Source: a virus (lineage: Duplodnaviria; Heunggongvirae; Uroviricota; Caudoviricetes). Taken from it: 64,000 bases of DNA. The translations under genes were made by a program, and so were the position numbers. Shown here in pieces: positions 60,149-64,000 of the stretch. The stretch is from IMG/VR virus record IMGVR_UViG_3300032286_000363, positions 34,586 to 98,585 of that record. One strand, written 5' to 3'. The notes under the pieces are model-generated. The model did no database searches. It was not told where the DNA came from and saw only the letters and a list, made by a program, of their open reading frames with translations. Within the stretch, counting starts at the first letter, position 1, and the number at the start of each line of letters is the position of its first letter.

Positions 60149-61150
60149 ATGATAACAGGTAAAAAGAAAACCACATTAACACCAGAGACTATTCTTCAAA
60201 GGATTACAGAATATGATATATTCAGATGGTATATGCCTGATAAGAGTTGGAAGTTGAATGCTGTTACATATTCTCCATTTAGGAATGAGAACAATCCTTC
60301 TTTCCTAATAGGAAATAGATATGGAAAGTTGTCATTTGTAGATTTTGCAGATGGTACAAAGAAAGGTGACTGTTTTACATTTGTAAAGCTGTTATACAAT
60401 CTTCACACCATTGATGATGTACTAAAACTGATAGATCGTGATTTTGGTCTTGGTATATCAGGAAAACCTACAGGAGAGTATAAAAAAATAACAGCAGAAT
60501 ATCAACAACCAGAAGAGCTTGGAAAGAGATATTCTCATATTCAGGTGGTAACAAGACCTTTTACACAGGAAGAACTTGCTTATTGGAATCTCTACTATCA
60601 GGACATTCAAGATCTTAGGGATAATAACATCTATTCTATCAAGAAACTTTATTTCAACAAACAACTGTTCTTCCTAAAGGATACAGAGTTGAGATTTGGT
60701 TATTTCTATGATGGTCATTGGAAAATATACAGACCATTTGCTGATAGAAAGAATAAATGGGTTCCTAATAATGTTCCTATTACAATGATGGATGGACTTG
60801 ATGATGTAAAAAACTGTCCTGTTGCATTTATTAACAAGAGTAAGAAGGATTATATGGTGATGAAGAAAATATTCCCTTGCTGTTGTGCTGTGCAAAATGA
60901 AGGAATTGGTGCATTTTCTCCAGAGAATGTAGAATATCTTAAAGCTAATTCTGATAGACAAATCCTATCATTTGATTCTGATGTAGCAGGTGTTACAAAT
61001 TCACAACAGATTACAAAACTGTTTGATTTTGACTATCTGAATGTTCCAAAGAAGTTCTTATCAGAAGGAATTAAAGATTGGGCTGATCTTGCTAAAGACT
61101 ATGGCCTACAAGTTATTGAAGATTATTTAAAACAAAAACAAATATTATGA
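60149..61150 (+). CDS. Putative DNA primase, TOPRIM-like
   Basis: ILSFDSDVAGV DxD motif with an upstream acidic residue, in a replication-gene context. Confidence 0.4.
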   Translation: MITGKKKTTLTPETILQRITEYDIFRWYMPDKSWKLNAVTYSPFRNENNPSFLIGNRYGKLSFVDFADGTKKGDCFTFVKLLYNLHTIDDVLKLIDRDFGLGISGKPTGEYKKITAEYQQPEELGKRYSHIQVVTRPFTQEELAYWNLYYQDIQDLRDNNIYSIKKLYFNKQLFFLKDTELRFGYFYDGHWKIYRPFADRKNKWVPNNVPITMMDGLDDVKNCPVAFINKSKKDYMVMKKIFPCCCAVQNEGIGAFSPENVEYLKANSDRQILSFDSDVAGVTNSQQITKLFDFDYLNVPKKFLSEGIKDWADLAKDYGLQVIEDYLKQKQIL

Positions 61151-61941
61151 TGGAAACAACAAGTTATGTATCAGCAAAAGACATATTGATCAATGCTGAT
61201 ATTCCACAACAGACAAAGACCTACAAGCCTGTTTCTCACAAACAGCTTATTGATCTTACATTAAATGGTATTCACAATGCAGGATTCAAATTAGATAGTG
61301 AATCATATTCTGCAGCTAGAAATGGCAATATAGCCAATGGTAGATTTTCTATTGCTAATGTAGCAGATTCAGAAATGCAATTACAAATTGGATGGCAGAA
61401 TTCTTATGACAAGAGTCTTACATTGAAGTTTGCTATTGGTACACGCATATTCATTTGTCAGAATGGTTGTGTGAGTGGTGATATGGGTGCATTCAAGAAA
61501 AAGCATGTAGGAGAGATACAAGATTTCACTCCTTCTGCTATATCAGAATACATTAAGTCTGCAGGAGAAGCATTTAGAAGAATGCAAACAGAAAGAGATG
61601 CTATGAAACAAGTGGAGATCACTAGTAGAGCTAAAGCTGAGCTTATTGGTAGGTTGTTCCTTGAAGAGCAAATCATTACATCTACACAGTTGAACATCAT
61701 TAGTAGAGAACTTAAAGCTCCTACACATGATTATGGTGCTCCAGGTTCTATGTGGGAGTTGTACAACTATGCAACATTTGCTATGAAGGATTCTCATCCA
61801 GCATTATGGATGGACAAACACATGAGTGCTCACAAGTTCTTTGTAAACGAAAGTGGTATTCTTACACAACCAATGCCTCAAATAGAAATAATGGAGAGTG
61901 GATTGGTACAATTGGATTTATTTGAAAACATAAATGCATAA
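61147..61941 (+). CDS. Hypothetical replication-associated protein (264 aa)
   Basis: ORF with ATGA overlaps on both sides. Confidence 0.45.
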   Translation: MMETTSYVSAKDILINADIPQQTKTYKPVSHKQLIDLTLNGIHNAGFKLDSESYSAARNGNIANGRFSIANVADSEMQLQIGWQNSYDKSLTLKFAIGTRIFICQNGCVSGDMGAFKKKHVGEIQDFTPSAISEYIKSAGEAFRRMQTERDAMKQVEITSRAKAELIGRLFLEEQIITSTQLNIISRELKAPTHDYGAPGSMWELYNYATFAMKDSHPALWMDKHMSAHKFFVNESGILTQPMPQIEIMESGLVQLDLFENINA

Positions 61942-62656
61942 TATGAAATGGGAACTGTTTAAAGAATTCTTTCATGAAAGCTGGCATAACAAAATGCAAC
62001 CTTTTATTGAAAGTGAGGAGTGTGATAAGATATATGCGCATTTAAAAGAAAGAAGTAGAAAGGGGCATAGAATTGCCCCTCTCTCTTCTAATGTGTATAG
62101 ATGCTTTAAAGAAACTCCTTTAGATGAATTGAAAGTTGTGATGATGGGAATGTGTCCCTATCACACAGAAAGGAATGGTGTATTTGTAGCAGATGGTCTT
62201 TTGATGGGCTGTTCTGTAACAGATAAGTTACAACCTTCTCTAGAACAATTCTATGGTGGCATAGAAAGAGAATTATATAATGGATTAGATCTTAATCACA
62301 TTAAGACACCAGATGTTAAATACTTAGCTAAACAAGGTGTGTTAATGATGAATGCTGCTCTCACTACAGAGATCAATAAAGCAGGATCACATATTGCTAT
62401 TTGGGAACCGTTTATTAAACACTTCTTTGAATGTATAGAAACAGAAGGTGCTCCTGTAATATTTCTTGGGAAAGATGCTTCCAAGTATGAGAAATATGTA
62501 GGACCTTTCAAATGGTCATTCACAACATCACACCCAGCTTCTGCAGCATATAAGCAAACAGAATGGGATACAGAAGGAGTGTTTGGTAAGGTGAACAAAA
62601 TATTAAAAGACAACAACAATTTTACAATCGAATGGCTAGAAAAATTGCCATTCTAA
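61934..62656 (+). CDS. ung: Uracil-DNA glycosylase family-1 homologue with a non-canonical catalytic motif
   Basis: By-eye alignment to E. coli Ung: KVVMMGMCPYH vs KVVILGQDPYH, GVLMMNAALT vs GVLLLNTVLT, SHPASAAY vs PHPSPLSA, FLGKDASK vs FLLWGSHAQKK. Confidence 0.7.
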   Translation: MHNMKWELFKEFFHESWHNKMQPFIESEECDKIYAHLKERSRKGHRIAPLSSNVYRCFKETPLDELKVVMMGMCPYHTERNGVFVADGLLMGCSVTDKLQPSLEQFYGGIERELYNGLDLNHIKTPDVKYLAKQGVLMMNAALTTEINKAGSHIAIWEPFIKHFFECIETEGAPVIFLGKDASKYEKYVGPFKWSFTTSHPASAAYKQTEWDTEGVFGKVNKILKDNNNFTIEWLEKLPF

Positions 62657-62666
62657 ATCAAAAAAC

Positions 62667-63056
62667 ATGAGAGAATTAAAATACGGTGGACAAATAGTCC
62701 CAGGAGATTTCATTGCTGTTAGTGATGGCAATCATTTAAGTTTTGGATGGTATGCAGGAAATGGTCGTGGTACATTACAATACTATCCAATGGGAGGTCC
62801 AAATAGAGTTTATAATGAATATAAATCTTGGTTGAGATATAGTGATGAAGAGAAAGGAAAGAATAAATGGTTGACTAGGCGTTATGAAAAAGGATTTACA
62901 ATGAAGTGTTTATGGAAAGCTTTTATAAACTCTGTGCATGCTACAAGAGTGATGAAGATAACAAACATAGAAGACATATTTACAACTCCAGAAGATAGAC
63001 TAATGTACGAAGATTCAAAGCAAGCATTAATTACATTAAAATTCATAAAACAATAA
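62667..63056 (+). CDS. Hypothetical protein (129 aa)
   Basis: ORF. Confidence 0.45.
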   Translation: MRELKYGGQIVPGDFIAVSDGNHLSFGWYAGNGRGTLQYYPMGGPNRVYNEYKSWLRYSDEEKGKNKWLTRRYEKGFTMKCLWKAFINSVHATRVMKITNIEDIFTTPEDRLMYEDSKQALITLKFIKQ

Positions 63057-63059
63057 ATC

Positions 63060-63494
63060 ATGATTTTAGAAAAACAAGACTTAGAAATCTGGAAAGATGT
63101 AATAGGATTTGAAGGTTTGTATAAAATATCTAATAAAGGAAATATACTTTCATTAGAGAGAACTGCAATACATACAAGTAAAACTGGAGAAAAAGGAATT
63201 AGAAAAGTTAATGAAAAAATTAAAAAACCTTTTAAAACCTCAAGAGGTTATCTAGTTGTACAGTTACATTCTGATAAATCTTATAAATTTTCAGTACATA
63301 GACTTGTTGCTATACATTTTTTATATAATCCAGAAAATAAACCAGAAGTAAATCATATAAATTGTAATAAAGAATGTAATGAAGTCTGGAATTTAGAATG
63401 GGTAAGTAAAGAAGAAAATGAAAATCATGCCTTGCAAAAAGGTAAAAAACAATTTAAAGGTAATCAATATAAAAAACTAAAAAATAAAATATGA
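63060..63494 (+). CDS. HNH homing endonuclease (NUMOD4-like N-terminus plus HNH_3)
   Basis: YKISNKGNILSL ... GYLVVQL ... VHRLVAIHF ... VNHINCNKECNEVWNLEWVSKEENENHA. Confidence 0.8.
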   Translation: MILEKQDLEIWKDVIGFEGLYKISNKGNILSLERTAIHTSKTGEKGIRKVNEKIKKPFKTSRGYLVVQLHSDKSYKFSVHRLVAIHFLYNPENKPEVNHINCNKECNEVWNLEWVSKEENENHALQKGKKQFKGNQYKKLKNKI

Positions 63495-63865
63495 TACTCG
63501 AAAAGCAAACAGAAGCAAACATTCTACAGGATGGACAATCACAAGACTCAATTGGTATGTCATTAGACTTAGATTCTGCACAAGTCCTTATGCAGATGTT
63601 AAGTAAGAATCTCTATTCAGATTCAATCGGTTCAACTATCAGAGAATGTGCATCTAATGCACTAGATAGTCACAGAAGAGCTGGACAAACAAAACCAATA
63701 GTTGTTAGTTTTAAAGCAGGAAGTTCTGATAATTTAGAATTTGCTGTAGAAGATTTTGGTATAGGCTTAGATGCTGATGATGTAAGAAACATCATTAGTA
63801 AGTATGGCAAGAGCACAAAGCGTAATAGCAATACAGAATTAGGAATGATGGGTCAACAAAACTAG
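63491..63865 (+). CDS. rIIA: rIIA-like GHKL ATPase, N-terminal 124-aa fragment; frame ends prematurely
   Basis: LSKNLYSDSIGSTIRECASNALDSH and FAVEDFGIGLD align to T4 rIIA ([36 protein letters not shown]). The stop falls inside the next conserved box. Confidence 0.55.
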   Translation: MILEKQTEANILQDGQSQDSIGMSLDLDSAQVLMQMLSKNLYSDSIGSTIRECASNALDSHRRAGQTKPIVVSFKAGSSDNLEFAVEDFGIGLDADDVRNIISKYGKSTKRNSNTELGMMGQQN

Positions 63866-64000
63866 GCCCGCTACAAAAGTAATTTTGTGGATAAATAACT
63901 GGATGAATTTTTGGAAATCTAAATTAAATTTAGTTACTTTGTATCCTAAACATATCATTCTTATGGGATACAAGTACAACATCAATGCAAATTATTTTAA

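Noticed and set aside
1-64000. Integrase, attachment site or prophage boundaries.
   Set aside because: No tyrosine or serine recombinase motifs appear in any ORF. Gene content throughout is lytic-phage-like. The tRNA-like 3' fragment alone is insufficient to call attP.

Overview
The window is AT-rich (about one-third GC) and reads as part of a large virulent dsDNA phage genome, most likely a phage of a Bacteroidetes host. The host call rests on the absence of Shine-Dalgarno sequences, A-rich and CACACA leaders before start codons, and a T9SS-type C-terminal tail on one encoded protein. It is organised as two divergent arms meeting at a G/C-rich intergenic region near 39.85-40.09 kb.

Arm 1 (1-39815, minus strand) is a morphogenesis operon. 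In transcription order it carries putative regulators (HTH protein, HU/IHF-like protein, Cys-rich Zn protein), a possible small terminase, a GIY-YIG endonuclease, the large terminase, an 865-aa portal, an SPFH-like protein and an acidic scaffold. These are followed by a 517-aa major capsid protein with highly-expressed codon usage, an HNH endonuclease, and a second abundant structural protein. Next come four tail-fibre genes (two paralogous pairs, one with a collar domain), a metallophosphoesterase, a second GIY-YIG endonuclease, a 1585-aa tail protein with a Ser/Thr linker, and two very large Gly-zipper-rich proteins of 1373 aa and more than 664 aa, the latter running off the window.

Arm 2 (40089-63865, plus strand) is an early/replication block. 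It contains many small unknown early genes, including a hyper-acidic protein, small membrane proteins and an AT-hook protein. It also has an insulated 827-aa secreted beta-helix/IPT protein with a T9SS-like C-terminal tail, a structured noncoding region with a tRNA-like 3' end, and a phi29-like family B DNA polymerase. Further genes encode a DnaB/gp4-like helicase, an SF2 helicase, an AAA_24 ATPase, a TOPRIM primase-like protein, a family-1 UDG homologue with an altered catalytic motif, an HNH endonuclease, and an rIIA-like gene that appears interrupted.

No integrase, reverse transcriptase, CRISPR array or canonical tRNA could be supported. All homology calls were made by eye from motifs and need HMM or structure confirmation.
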